Shown piece by piece: positions 30,284 to 39,943 of a stretch of DNA of 64,000 bases. Position 1 is the stretch's first letter, and each line of letters opens with the position of its first letter. A model generated the notes under the pieces. It saw nothing but the letters and a program-made list of their open reading frames with translations. It did no database searches and was not told the DNA's origin. This stretch comes from Acidimicrobiia bacterium (GTDB lineage: Bacteria; Actinomycetota; Acidimicrobiia; Spongiisociales; ZC4RG35), in contig CBDBCY010000001.1 of the NCBI GenBank assembly GCA_965203555.1, forward strand, positions 28,427-92,426, in the 5' to 3' direction. Both the position numbers and the translations under genes were made by a program.

Positions 30284-31078
30284 GTGACAAGAGCCCCGCC
30301 ACGGCTTTCCGATTTGGAGGTGGGTTTGGCGGCGGCTCAGGCGGGGGCCGAGGTGGTGGTTGCGGCTTTGAACAAGCCGACAGATGTCTTTTTCAAGGGT
30401 GACGCCGACCCGGTTACCGAGACCGATCATCGCTCCGAGCAGGCAATCCTGCGGGTTCTGGGACAGCACTGCCCCGAAGATCCGGTGGTGAGGGAAGAAA
30501 GCGGCGGAGGACTGCCGGACCGGGGACGGGTGTGGCTGGTGGATCCTATTGACGGCACCACTAATTTCATCCGCGGGTTCCCCTGGATGGGTGTGTCGGT
30601 GGCGCTGTGGGTCGATGACAGCCCGGCGGTGGGGGTGGTGGTGGACATCGCCAACGGCTACGAGTACACGGCGGTGGCCGGGGAGGGGGCGTGGTTGAAC
30701 GGATCGCCGATCGGGGTGAGTCGGGTACAGGATCTGGGAGAAGCGCTGATCGTGACGGGCTTCCCCTACGACCGGAGTGAGCGTACCGAGATTTGCGACA
30801 CTCGTTTCAGGCGGGTGCTGGCATCGGCACAGGGTATCCGGAGGCTGGGCGCGGCTTCGCTTGACCTGTGCATGGTGGCCTGCGGGAAACTGGACGGGTA
30901 CTGGGAGGAGGATCTTTCGCCCTGGGATATGGGAGCGGGGGTGCTGATGGTCCTGGAAGCGGGCGGTAAGGTCACTGACCGGTCCGGTCGTGCGGTAAAA
31001 GCCGGAACGCCGTTCGTGGTCGCCAGCAACGGCCTGATCCACAACCGGTTTCTCCAAACCCTTGGAGCAGCCTCCTGA
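30284..31078 (+). CDS. suhB: Inositol monophosphatase family protein (ATG at 30263 is an alternative start)
   Basis: WLVDPIDGTTNF, RRLGAASLDLC, PWDMGAG. Confidence 0.9.
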   Translation: MTRAPPRLSDLEVGLAAAQAGAEVVVAALNKPTDVFFKGDADPVTETDHRSEQAILRVLGQHCPEDPVVREESGGGLPDRGRVWLVDPIDGTTNFIRGFPWMGVSVALWVDDSPAVGVVVDIANGYEYTAVAGEGAWLNGSPIGVSRVQDLGEALIVTGFPYDRSERTEICDTRFRRVLASAQGIRRLGAASLDLCMVACGKLDGYWEEDLSPWDMGAGVLMVLEAGGKVTDRSGRAVKAGTPFVVASNGLIHNRFLQTLGAAS

Positions 31079-32367
31079 TGCTTCATCGTCGTCTTCAGGA
31101 GCTGGAACGACGCGGCGCCAAGATCAGGGTGGGCCTGGTTGGCGCCGGACAGATGGGAGAGGGGCTGGCGGTGGTGTTGGAACAGATGTCGGGTATCGAG
31201 ACCGCCGTGGTGGTGGACGCCAAGCCGGGCCGGGCGGTGCGGGCATTCGCATCGGCAGGAATACCTGCGTCCGAGGTGATGGAGACCGATGATCCCGACC
31301 ATGCCCTGGCCGCCTTTTCCGATGGGCGGCGGGTGGCGACCTCCAACGTGGCGCTGGCCTGGTGTGAACCCATAGACATATCGGTGGAGGCGACCGGCGT
31401 TCCCGAGGTGGGCGCGGCGGTTGCCAAGGGCGCCATCGAAGCCCGAAAGCACGTTATGCAGATGAACGTGGAGACCGACGCCACGGTGGGATACGCCCTG
31501 CGCCGCATGGCGGAGGAGGCAGGGGTGGTCTACACGCTGTCGGGAGGCGACGAGCCGGGGGCGATCATGGAGTTGTACGACTTCGCGACCACCCTGGGTC
31601 TGCAGGTGGTGAGCGCCGGGAAGGGCAAGAACAACCGGCTGGATCGGACCGCCACTGCGGACACGGTGGCCGATCTCGCCCGAAAACGCCGAATGAACCC
31701 CAAGATGCTGGCCTCGTTCGTGGACGGCACCAAGACCATGGTGGAGATGACCTCGCTGGCCAACGGGATCGGCTTCGCGCCGGACATACGGGGCATGCAC
31801 GGACCGCCGGTCACCGTCGAAACCATCGCCTCCACCTACATCCCCTCCGACCACGGCGGCGTGCTTTCCGGACCCGGCAGGGTGGACTACGGAAGGGGAA
31901 TCGCTCCCGGAGTGTTCGTGGTGTTCACCACCGATCACCCCAAGCTCATCCGCGACCTGGGATACCTGTCCATGGGCCCGGGACCGTACTACGCCCTCTA
32001 CCGTCCCTACCATCTGGCCAACATCGAGACTCCCATCTCCATGGTCCGGGCGGTGTTGGCCGAGGAGACGACGCTGGCCACCGACCGTCCTCCCACCGCC
32101 GAAACCGTGGCGTTCGCCAAGCGAAACCTGGCGGCTGGAGAGACAGTTGATGACCTGGGGGGGTACTGTGTATACGGCATGATCGAAAAGGCCGAGCCAG
32201 CGGCCAGAGAACGCTTGCTACCTGTGGGTTTGGCACCGGGCGCAGTGGTGACTTCGCCGGTGAGAGCCGGGGAACCCCTCACATACCATGACGTGGATCT
32301 GGACGAATCTTCGCACATAGTGTCGCTGCGGCGCCTTCAGGACTCACTTACCGGAGACTCACCATGA
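31078..32367 (+). CDS. Homoserine-dehydrogenase-like NAD(P) oxidoreductase with C-terminal SAF domain
   Basis: GLVGAGQMG, NVETD, GDEPG, AGKGKNN, SFVDGTK, YRPYHL, AKRNL. Confidence 0.88.
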   Translation: MLHRRLQELERRGAKIRVGLVGAGQMGEGLAVVLEQMSGIETAVVVDAKPGRAVRAFASAGIPASEVMETDDPDHALAAFSDGRRVATSNVALAWCEPIDISVEATGVPEVGAAVAKGAIEARKHVMQMNVETDATVGYALRRMAEEAGVVYTLSGGDEPGAIMELYDFATTLGLQVVSAGKGKNNRLDRTATADTVADLARKRRMNPKMLASFVDGTKTMVEMTSLANGIGFAPDIRGMHGPPVTVETIASTYIPSDHGGVLSGPGRVDYGRGIAPGVFVVFTTDHPKLIRDLGYLSMGPGPYYALYRPYHLANIETPISMVRAVLAEETTLATDRPPTAETVAFAKRNLAAGETVDDLGGYCVYGMIEKAEPAARERLLPVGLAPGAVVTSPVRAGEPLTYHDVDLDESSHIVSLRRLQDSLTGDSP

Positions 32368-34058
32368 TTGAACGAAACGGCATCGGCGCTTCCCCCGGAA
32401 TCGCCATCGGGCCTGTCTATCTGCATTCGTCAACGCTTCCCGATGTCACCGTGCGTCGCGTGGAGGACACCGACGCAGAGCTCGAGAAGTTGACCCTCGG
32501 CGAAGCGAGGGTACAGGAGAGGCTGGAGGGGCTCCAGGAACTTCACGGCGAGGACTCGGAGGAGGCGGAAGTCATCGGGGCGCATCTGCTCCTGCTGGAA
32601 GACCCGGAGTTCACCGGTGAGATCCGCATGCTCATCGAAGATGATTCCCTGTGCGCCGAGGCGGCGACTTTGCAGGTTACCGAAGAGTCGGCGGCGATGC
32701 TGGAGTCCCTGGAGGACGAGTATCTGGCAGCCCGGGCCGCCGATGTTCGGGATGTGGGCACCCAGCTACTGAAGTCGGTCCTCGGGCTTCCCCTGGAGAC
32801 CTGGGACCACCTGCAAGCCCCGTCTGTGCTGGTGGCGTCGGATTTCTTTCCTTCCGAGACCGCCACCATCCCGCCGGGGATGGCCCTGGGGTTGTGCACG
32901 GAGGAAGGCAGCGCCACCTCTCACATTGCGGTCTTTGCCCGAGGCATGGGGCTGCCTGCGGTGGTGGGAGTCGACCTGCCGCCATTGGAGCCCGGAACCC
33001 GGGTGGCGTTCGACGGCGAGACCGGGCAGGTCTACATCGACCCTTCCCAGGAGGTGGTCGATCGGCTGCGAGGCCAACAGGAAGAGCAGCGGCGGACCAG
33101 AGAAGGCGCCGCCGAGCGAGCGCACGAACCGGCGGTAACCCGGGACGGGACACGGATAGAGGTCGCGGCCAACATCGGGTCCGATGAGGACGCCGCCCGG
33201 GCCGTGGAGTTGGGCGCCGAGGGGGTGGGGTTGTTCCGGACCGAGTTCCTGTTCCTTGACAGGACCCGCCCCATCTCCGAGGAGGAACAGTACGAGGCGT
33301 ACCGGTCGGTGCTCTCCACTTTCGGACACCACTTGGTGGTGGTGCGCACCCTGGATGTGGGGGGAGACAAGCAGGTCCCCGGCATCGAGATAGGTGAGGA
33401 ACTCAATCCTTTCCTGGGCCTGCGGGGCATCCGGCTCACCCTGGCCCGCCCCGAGATGATGCATGCCCAGTTGCGGGCGCTGCTGCGCGCCGGAAGCGCC
33501 GGCCGGTTGGGGATAATGGCGCCCATGGTGGCAACAAAAGCCGAACTGTCGGCGTTTCGGGCGGCGCTGGACGAAGCCGAACGTTCCCTGGTGGCTGACG
33601 GCTTGGATTATTCCACCGACTACCAGGTGGGGATCATGATCGAAGTTCCATCGGCCGCGCTGATCGCCGACCGCCTCGCACCCCACGTCGATTTCTTTTC
33701 GATCGGCACCAATGACCTCACCCAGTACACGCTGGCGGTGGATCGCACCAACCGTGAGGTCGCCGACCTGGCCGACTCTTTCGATCCCGCCGTGCTGCGT
33801 CTCATCGCCGAGACCACCTCGGCGGCGAAGCCGCACCAACGCTGGGTGGGAGTGTGCGGAGCGATGGCCGGCGATCCCCTGGCGGTTCCGGTGTTGATCG
33901 GGTTGGGAGTCACCGAGTTGTCGGTGGCCATTCCCTCGGTGCCCACCATCAAGGACAAGGTCCGGTCTCTGAGTATGGAAGACTGTCGGGAGGTCGCCTC
34001 CCGCTGCCTGGAGGCCGTCGACGCGGCGCAGGCGCGGCAACTCCTGAGCGAGGTGTGA
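32364..34058 (+). CDS. ptsI: PEP-protein phosphotransferase (Enzyme I)
   Basis: GSATSH, GVGLFRTEFL, ELNPFLG.RGIR, SIGTNDLTQY, GVCG. Confidence 0.95.
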   Translation: MIERNGIGASPGIAIGPVYLHSSTLPDVTVRRVEDTDAELEKLTLGEARVQERLEGLQELHGEDSEEAEVIGAHLLLLEDPEFTGEIRMLIEDDSLCAEAATLQVTEESAAMLESLEDEYLAARAADVRDVGTQLLKSVLGLPLETWDHLQAPSVLVASDFFPSETATIPPGMALGLCTEEGSATSHIAVFARGMGLPAVVGVDLPPLEPGTRVAFDGETGQVYIDPSQEVVDRLRGQQEEQRRTREGAAERAHEPAVTRDGTRIEVAANIGSDEDAARAVELGAEGVGLFRTEFLFLDRTRPISEEEQYEAYRSVLSTFGHHLVVVRTLDVGGDKQVPGIEIGEELNPFLGLRGIRLTLARPEMMHAQLRALLRAGSAGRLGIMAPMVATKAELSAFRAALDEAERSLVADGLDYSTDYQVGIMIEVPSAALIADRLAPHVDFFSIGTNDLTQYTLAVDRTNREVADLADSFDPAVLRLIAETTSAAKPHQRWVGVCGAMAGDPLAVPVLIGLGVTELSVAIPSVPTIKDKVRSLSMEDCREVASRCLEAVDAAQARQLLSEV

Positions 34059-34348
34059 GCAACTCTTCCGGCCCGGCCCGCCTGCAGGCCGTGGTCCGGG
34101 GACGGGTACAGGGAGTGGGTTTCCGATGGTGGGTCCTCAACCAGGCGCGAGAACTGAAGTTGGTGGGACGGGTCTCCAACCGGTCGGACGGAACGGTGCT
34201 GGTGATGGCGGAGGGAGACGGAAACCGATTGGAGGAACTGGCTGACCGCCTGCATCAAGGTCCTCGCCATGCGAGGGTCATCGGGGTGGAAACGGAATGG
34301 TCACCACCTCGAAATCGGTGGAGGCGCTTTGCGATAGACCACCATTAG
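34055..34348 (+). CDS. acyP: Acylphosphatase
   Basis: GRVQGVGFR, GRVSN.SDGTV, GPRHA. Confidence 0.93.
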   Translation: MSNSSGPARLQAVVRGRVQGVGFRWWVLNQARELKLVGRVSNRSDGTVLVMAEGDGNRLEELADRLHQGPRHARVIGVETEWSPPRNRWRRFAIDHH

Positions 34349-34514
34349 GCGTGTGTCGACAGAGATAACCGCCGCCGAGCGGGACACATGCGACCAAGGC
34401 CGGACTCGACCCGTTTCGACAGACGAGTAGAGTAGGAAATGGGAGCAGTTTCCCCATGTGACGAGGGCGGACTCGACCTGTTTCGAGACACGCCGGCGGC
34501 GAAAGAGCAGACCT

Positions 34515-34895
34515 ATGTTGGACACGACCGACCCTTGGCCTTCTCTGAGGGACGCCAAGAAAACCGCAACGGTCATAGCGGCGCACGCACGCGATTTCTA
34601 TGGGGACAACTTGGAAAGCGTGTGGCTGTACGGATCCCGCGCCCGTGGAGACCATCGACCCGATTCGGATCTGGATGTGCTGCTGGTGAGACACTCCGAA
34701 AATCTCACCGATCCCATCGAACAGCACCGAGACCGGGTGGACGAGCCTTTCAAAGACATGCTGGAGGAACGCATGGCCGGATACTCCGCTCTGTTCACAC
34801 CGATACAGATCAACTCGGTGAGGCCTCAGCAGCTTCGGACCTGGGACACCATGTTCTTCCGCAGCGTCCGAAAACACGCCATCAGAGTCCTGTGA
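34515..34895 (+). CDS. Minimal nucleotidyltransferase (MNT) antitoxin
   Basis: LYGSRARGD...SDLDVLLV. Confidence 0.88.
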   Translation: MLDTTDPWPSLRDAKKTATVIAAHARDFYGDNLESVWLYGSRARGDHRPDSDLDVLLVRHSENLTDPIEQHRDRVDEPFKDMLEERMAGYSALFTPIQINSVRPQQLRTWDTMFFRSVRKHAIRVL

Positions 34896-35296
34896 CCCAC
34901 CTGGAGGAGGCCTTCGGATGGCTGGCCTATGCCGAGGACACCCTCCGGCACGCCGAGGACAACTTCGAGAGGGGAATCCACAACGTGGCCTTGACGTTGG
35001 CCTATTACTCTGTCTTCCGCGCCGCCAAGAGCATTCTGGCCTTCCTGAGGCAGGACGACCCCAGGACCCACTCCGGTCTCATCGGAAGATTCGGGGAACT
35101 GGCGGTCAGAGAATCCGATTTCCCGGCCCCTACCGCCAAGACGTTGGCCCGGCTCTTCGATCACCGGCTGAAAGCAGATTACGATCAGGCTTACCGGCAC
35201 ACCCTGACCCGGGAAGCAACAGCCCACCAGTTGGAAAGAGCCCGGGAGTTCGTGACGGAAGCGGCCGACTGGTTAGAGAGACGCCATCGGCCCTAG
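34892..35296 (+). CDS. HEPN-domain protein (MNT-HEPN TA pair)
   Basis: AYYSVFRAAK, THSGLI, RLKADY; GTGA overlap with the MNT gene. Confidence 0.85.
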   Translation: MTHLEEAFGWLAYAEDTLRHAEDNFERGIHNVALTLAYYSVFRAAKSILAFLRQDDPRTHSGLIGRFGELAVRESDFPAPTAKTLARLFDHRLKADYDQAYRHTLTREATAHQLERAREFVTEAADWLERRHRP

Positions 35297-35311
35297 CGAG
35301 GTGATAGGGCC

Positions 35312-35569
35312 TCAGCCCTCCTCGGACAGCAGTGCCCTGAAATCGGCGATAACCTGCTCGGCGTCTTCGCCGTCCACCTCCACCTTGATGGTGGTTCCCT
35401 GGGTGGCGCCCAGTTTGAGGATGCCCAGAATGCTCTTGCCATTAACAGGCTTCTTATCGCCTGAGGTGACCGTGATCTTGGAGGAGGAAGCCTTGGCGCG
35501 ATTTACGAAAAATTTTGCCGGCCGGGCGTGGAGGCCCGTCGGGTTGGTGATGGTGATCTCTACCTGCAT
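35312..35569 (-). CDS. ptsH: HPr phosphocarrier
   Basis: GLHARPA, NGKSILG. Confidence 0.93.
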   Translation of the reverse strand: MQVEITITNPTGLHARPAKFFVNRAKASSSKITVTSGDKKPVNGKSILGILKLGATQGTTIKVEVDGEDAEQVIADFRALLSEEG

Positions 35570-35592
35570 CTTCAGTCTCCAGGGGTGGCGAA

Positions 35593-36378
35593 TCAGCAGA
35601 AGTTTACCGACACCGATCCCAGCCGGTCGAAGGACGCCCAAACATTGTCTCCGGGTTCGACCGGGAAGGCCGAGTGCAAAGCGCCGGTGAGAACGAAACT
35701 TCCGGCCTTCAATTCTTCTCCGTACCGGGCCAGTTCGTTGGCGAGCCAGGCCAAAGCTGTGAGGGGGCTGCCCATGCAGGCTGCGCCGGCGCCGGTCCCC
35801 GCCAGGTCACCGTTGTGGTAGATCGCCATCCCACACAATCTCAGGTCGAAGTCCACCGGCACAACCCGATCGCCCAGCACCGCTGCCCGGGAGGAACCCA
35901 GGTCGGCGACCGTGTCCACCAGTTTGATCCTCCAGTCGGCCACCCTCGAGTCGACCACCTCGATGGACGCCACCGCACCCTCCACCGCCCGGGAGGCGGC
36001 CAGCGCGGTGACTCCCGGACCCCGCAGGGTCTTTCCCACCATCAAGGTGATCTCCGCCTCGGCCTTGGGAGCGATGGCGGTATCGATGTCCACCCGCTCT
36101 CCCGAGTTGTGGGACATGGTCGAGATCACCGGAGCGAAATCGGGGGTGTCCACCCCCAGAAGTTTCTGCATGGGTTCGGAGGTCAGTCCCAGCTTGTATC
36201 CGATCATCTCCCCACCGAGCCAGGACCGGAGTCTCTCGGCGAACATCTTCTGGATCAGGTGGGCATCTCCGACCTGCAGGCTCGGATCGGTCTCACTCAA
36301 AGGTTCGATCGGTGAGCCGGTGCGGTAGGAATCAAATAGGATCCCTGCCCATCTGCGCAGTTCCCTCTTGCTCTTCAC
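35593..36378 (-). CDS. mhpD: 2-keto-4-pentenoate hydratase (FAH fold)
   Basis: GYKLGLTS, EAEI, EVVDSR, DTVAD, WLAN, VLTG. Confidence 0.85.
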   Translation of the reverse strand: MKSKRELRRWAGILFDSYRTGSPIEPLSETDPSLQVGDAHLIQKMFAERLRSWLGGEMIGYKLGLTSEPMQKLLGVDTPDFAPVISTMSHNSGERVDIDTAIAPKAEAEITLMVGKTLRGPGVTALAASRAVEGAVASIEVVDSRVADWRIKLVDTVADLGSSRAAVLGDRVVPVDFDLRLCGMAIYHNGDLAGTGAGAACMGSPLTALAWLANELARYGEELKAGSFVLTGALHSAFPVEPGDNVWASFDRLGSVSVNFC

Positions 36379-36457
36379 GTCCCTGACAACGATACCGGCC
36401 CGATGGTTTCCGCATCCCCGATGAAACGACAGGCCCCGACCCGGTAGCCTTGCTGTC

Positions 36458-37069
36458 ATGACCCGTCTTCTCCTGGTCCGCCATGCCCCGGTCGCCACCA
36501 CCGGGAAGGTCCTGTACGGCCGGGAAAAGGGCCATCATCTCACCGAAGAGGCCAAAAGCGCCACTCGCCGACTCGCCGGCCGACTATCGGAGACCGACCT
36601 GCAGGCGGTCTATTGCTCACCGATGGAACGGACGGTGGAGACCGCGGGACTGCTGGCGCCGCCTCACGGACTTTCCCCGTCTGTGGAGGAAGATCTCATT
36701 GAAGTCGACTACGGGGAGTGGACGGGACAGAAACTGGCCAAGCTCTACAAGTTGCCGGAGTGGAAAACGGTGGTCGGGCAGCCTTCTCGGATGCGTTTTC
36801 CGGGTGGCGAGTCACTGGCCGAGGCGCAACTGCGCGCCGTGGGCGCCTGCGAAGGGTTGGCGGGCCGCCATCCGGACGGAACGATAGCCCTGGTCACCCA
36901 CGCCGACGTCATCCGTTTGGTGTTGAGCTTCTATCTGGGGCAACCACTCGATCTGCTGGCGAGGCTCACGGTTGCTCCCACCTCGGTGTCGGTGCTGGAC
37001 ATCTCCAAGAAAGGCGCCGCGATGGTGGTGGCCGTCAACACCAACGGAGATCCGGGTACATGGCAATGA
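36458..37069 (+). CDS. MSMEG_4193-family histidine phosphatase/phosphomutase
   Basis: LLVRHA, SPMERT.ETA, EVDYGEW, THADVI. Confidence 0.88.
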   Translation: MTRLLLVRHAPVATTGKVLYGREKGHHLTEEAKSATRRLAGRLSETDLQAVYCSPMERTVETAGLLAPPHGLSPSVEEDLIEVDYGEWTGQKLAKLYKLPEWKTVVGQPSRMRFPGGESLAEAQLRAVGACEGLAGRHPDGTIALVTHADVIRLVLSFYLGQPLDLLARLTVAPTSVSVLDISKKGAAMVVAVNTNGDPGTWQ

Positions 37070-37542
37070 ACAACCTGGGACCTGCCGAGAGATTCCTGGT
37101 CGGCGCCATAGGACCGCCGGGCAAGCGTCGTTTCTATTTCCAGGTGGTGGCGGACGGCGAGCGCCACTCCCTTTTGGCCGAAAAGCAGCAGGTGCAGGCC
37201 CTGGCTTCTCAGGGTTGGCGCAGTCTGCAACGGTCGGGTGTGGTGGTGGACACCGAGTCGGTGGAAGCCATCCTGGCCACTGACCTGGAAATAGTCGATC
37301 CCGCCGGCCGCGAGGACTTCCGGGTGGGAACTATCAACGTGGGGATCCGCCCTTCCGGTCTGATGAACCTCTCCTTCGAGTCGGACCGTGACGACCAGGG
37401 TTTGATGTTCATGGTTTCTCCCGAGCAGTTCCGGGCCATGGTGGTGATCGCCCGGAAGGTGGTCCGGGCCGGGCGGCCCATCTGCCCGTGGTGTCGCCTC
37501 CCCAAAAGTCCTGAAGGCCATGAGTGTCCCGCCCGCAACTGA
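37066..37542 (+). CDS. DUF3090 family protein
   Basis: GPPG.RRFYFQ, EKQQV, AGRPICPWC..P....GHECP; conserved gene trio. Confidence 0.85.
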   Translation: MNNLGPAERFLVGAIGPPGKRRFYFQVVADGERHSLLAEKQQVQALASQGWRSLQRSGVVVDTESVEAILATDLEIVDPAGREDFRVGTINVGIRPSGLMNLSFESDRDDQGLMFMVSPEQFRAMVVIARKVVRAGRPICPWCRLPKSPEGHECPARN

Positions 37543-38233
37543 ACACCGGACCCAGCGGTTGATCATCTCGGACCTGGTGGGCAGGTTCACCTCCGCCTCC
37601 AACGCCACTTTCCTGGGTAGGGACTCCGACGGTGACCTGTGGGTCTATAAACCGGTGGAGGGCGTCCGTCCTCTATGGGACTTTCCTTCCGAATCCCTGG
37701 CGCACCGGGAGATAATGGCCTATGAGGTCAGCGCCGGCATGGAGTTGGATCTGGTTCCCGAGACGGTGGAGGCCGACGGCCCGCTGGGACCGGGCGCGGC
37801 CCAGCGTTACCTGGAGCCGGACCCTGATTTCGACCCGCGTCGGTGGTTCGAGAATCAGACGGATCCCTGTCTTTGGCCGGTTGCGGTCTTCGACCTGGTC
37901 ACCAACAACGCCGACCGGAAGCTGGGTCACATCTTGGTGGAGTCCGAGAGCGGGAGAATCTTCGCCATAGATCACGGCCTGACCTTTCATCTCCAGGACA
38001 AATTGCGCACCGTCCTGTGGGGCTTCGCCGGCCAGCCCATACCAAAGGCATGTGTCGAGGCGCTGACCAAGCTCAGTGACGCACTTTCCGGCAGGTTGGC
38101 GCCCCGGGCTCTACAGCTGTTGGACCCCGAAGAAACCGAAGCGCTCCGACTGCGCACCGAGCGACTCCTGGACAATCCGACTCATCCTCATCCTCCGGCC
38201 AACCGGTCGGCTTTGCCCTGGCCGCTGTGGTGA
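37520..38233 (+). CDS. SCO1664-family (PI3/4-kinase-like) protein
   Basis: ASNAT, YKP..G.RPLWDFP, NNADRK.GH, IDHG, PWP. Confidence 0.9.
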   Translation: MSVPPATEHRTQRLIISDLVGRFTSASNATFLGRDSDGDLWVYKPVEGVRPLWDFPSESLAHREIMAYEVSAGMELDLVPETVEADGPLGPGAAQRYLEPDPDFDPRRWFENQTDPCLWPVAVFDLVTNNADRKLGHILVESESGRIFAIDHGLTFHLQDKLRTVLWGFAGQPIPKACVEALTKLSDALSGRLAPRALQLLDPEETEALRLRTERLLDNPTHPHPPANRSALPWPLW

Positions 38234-38271
38234 CAGCCCGGACCGGACCGGACCGAACCGGCCGGCGCCGA

Positions 38272-39012
38272 CTACCGGATGACTGCCAGGGCCGACAGTA
38301 CTCCCTGACTCGACTCGACAGTCAGGTCGGGATCGGTGAGCACCGCCTCCAGGGAGGGGATGTGGCGCGCCAACTCGGCTGACACGATCGCCGCATCCTC
38401 ACTGCGGGTAGCCCTGGTTATCTCCGCCGTCTCCGACAATCGATAGGCGAGTGCATCCACAAAGGTGGCAATCACATCCACCCGCCACAACAAGTCCTCC
38501 GATCGGGCCACGGTTAGTTTGAAGGTACGGCCTTCCGGAGAAGTCGAGGAAGAAAGTTGAAAATCGACGAAGGACACCCCTCCTGCTTGATACAGACGCT
38601 GGGAGACAATCCTGAGATCCCCCACGGAACCGGCAAGGAACTCCTCCGCCGCCTGGGTGAATCCAGCCCAGAAGTTCACCCCCACCCCTACCTCCCCGAG
38701 TTGCAGGTAGTCGGAGACCGTTTCGATGTCAGCGCCCTCCGCCAGGGCCACCAACGCCATCTGCCCCTCCACCGTCATCCGGGCCGCCTCGTCCCAACGG
38801 TCGGCGGACAGCGCCTCCCAGAGGGCGGCAACGGTATCGACCGGCTCGACATACCCCGTGGGAGACTGCGGAGAGGAGGCGGTGACGGCTACCGAATCCT
38901 CATCCTCCCCGTCTCCGCACCCCGCCAGTCCCGATCCGAGGACCAGTAACGCCACCGCCAGGATGTTGGCCCATGCCCCCGGGGCGCCGGTCCTCTGTGA
39001 AGCGCTCATCAT
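38272..39012 (-). CDS. Putative lipoprotein
   Basis: Hydrophobic signal ending in the LAGC lipobox. Confidence 0.7.
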   Translation of the reverse strand: MMSASQRTGAPGAWANILAVALLVLGSGLAGCGDGEDEDSVAVTASSPQSPTGYVEPVDTVAALWEALSADRWDEAARMTVEGQMALVALAEGADIETVSDYLQLGEVGVGVNFWAGFTQAAEEFLAGSVGDLRIVSQRLYQAGGVSFVDFQLSSSTSPEGRTFKLTVARSEDLLWRVDVIATFVDALAYRLSETAEITRATRSEDAAIVSAELARHIPSLEAVLTDPDLTVESSQGVLSALAVIR

Positions 39013-39530
39013 GTCAGCTTCCCCGTGCGAAGGAAATGGCGAAGCCGGTCCGGAGTTCGCAGATCGGCGCCGCGCCACACGAACCACAGGTAGCAGAGGC
39101 CGATTCCCTCCGCCAGCCACCGCCACGGATCGGACTCCGCCCTCGCCCAGGCCTCCGGCCAGAACGGAAGATCCCGGGAAGGAAACGACCATCCCCAAAA
39201 GGGCCACCAGAGTATCCGCGGCTCCAGCCAGATCCCGTCCGCCAGCAGATGGATCAACCAGCCCACCATCATCACCATCAGGTTGCCTCGGGCCGTACTA
39301 CCGCGGCGGGTCAGCAGGAGCACCGCAACTCCCACCACCATCGTCACCGCCAGGCTGTGAGCGAATATTTCCCCGGAGGAGAAAGTCCCGGCCCAGATCA
39401 GGGCGCCGATCGGCATATCCACCAGGTCAGGCGCCAATGCCCCGACCATCAGCCATCGCAGGTCCGCCTCCGGATCGCGAAACACCCACCGAAAGCCAAA
39501 CAGGGCGGTGGCCAGGTGCCAGAGGATCAC
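39009..39530 (-). CDS. Membrane-bound metal-dependent hydrolase (YdjM-like)
   Basis: GALAPDLVD, AHSL, HLLAD, WWPF. Confidence 0.8.
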   Translation of the reverse strand: MILWHLATALFGFRWVFRDPEADLRWLMVGALAPDLVDMPIGALIWAGTFSSGEIFAHSLAVTMVVGVAVLLLTRRGSTARGNLMVMMVGWLIHLLADGIWLEPRILWWPFWGWSFPSRDLPFWPEAWARAESDPWRWLAEGIGLCYLWFVWRGADLRTPDRLRHFLRTGKLT

Positions 39531-39940
39531 GAGTCAAGCGCCCGGTTGGCCAACCGGTCGGCGTGACGGTTGCAGTCTCGCCGGATGTGCTCTATTCGCG
39601 CCATGGGTAAACCATCCAGGAGCTTTTTCGCTTGCCGGTGCAGGGGTCGCAACCCTGGGGATTTCACCCGGTACGCACCCAGCAACTGACGCACCAGCAG
39701 CTGGGAGTCGCACCGGACCACCAGGCGCCGGGGCGCAAAGTCGGATGCAACTTCCAGGCCTTCGATCACCGCCCGGTACTCGGCGACATTATTGGTGGCG
39801 TTACCTATTGACCGGCTCACCTCTGCGACCACATTGCCAGGGGAGGGTGATCCCCGGTACAACACCACCCCGATCGCCGCCGGACCCGGGTTGCCGCGGG
39901 CCGCCCCGTCGGCGTACAAGAAGAAGAGGTCGTCCGCCAA
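39527..39940 (-). CDS. rnhA: Ribonuclease HI
   Basis: DGAARGNPG, TNNVAEY, DSQL, N.HADRLAN. Confidence 0.92.
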   Translation of the reverse strand: MADDLFFLYADGAARGNPGPAAIGVVLYRGSPSPGNVVAEVSRSIGNATNNVAEYRAVIEGLEVASDFAPRRLVVRCDSQLLVRQLLGAYRVKSPGLRPLHRQAKKLLDGLPMARIEHIRRDCNRHADRLANRALDS

Positions 39941-39943
39941 GCC

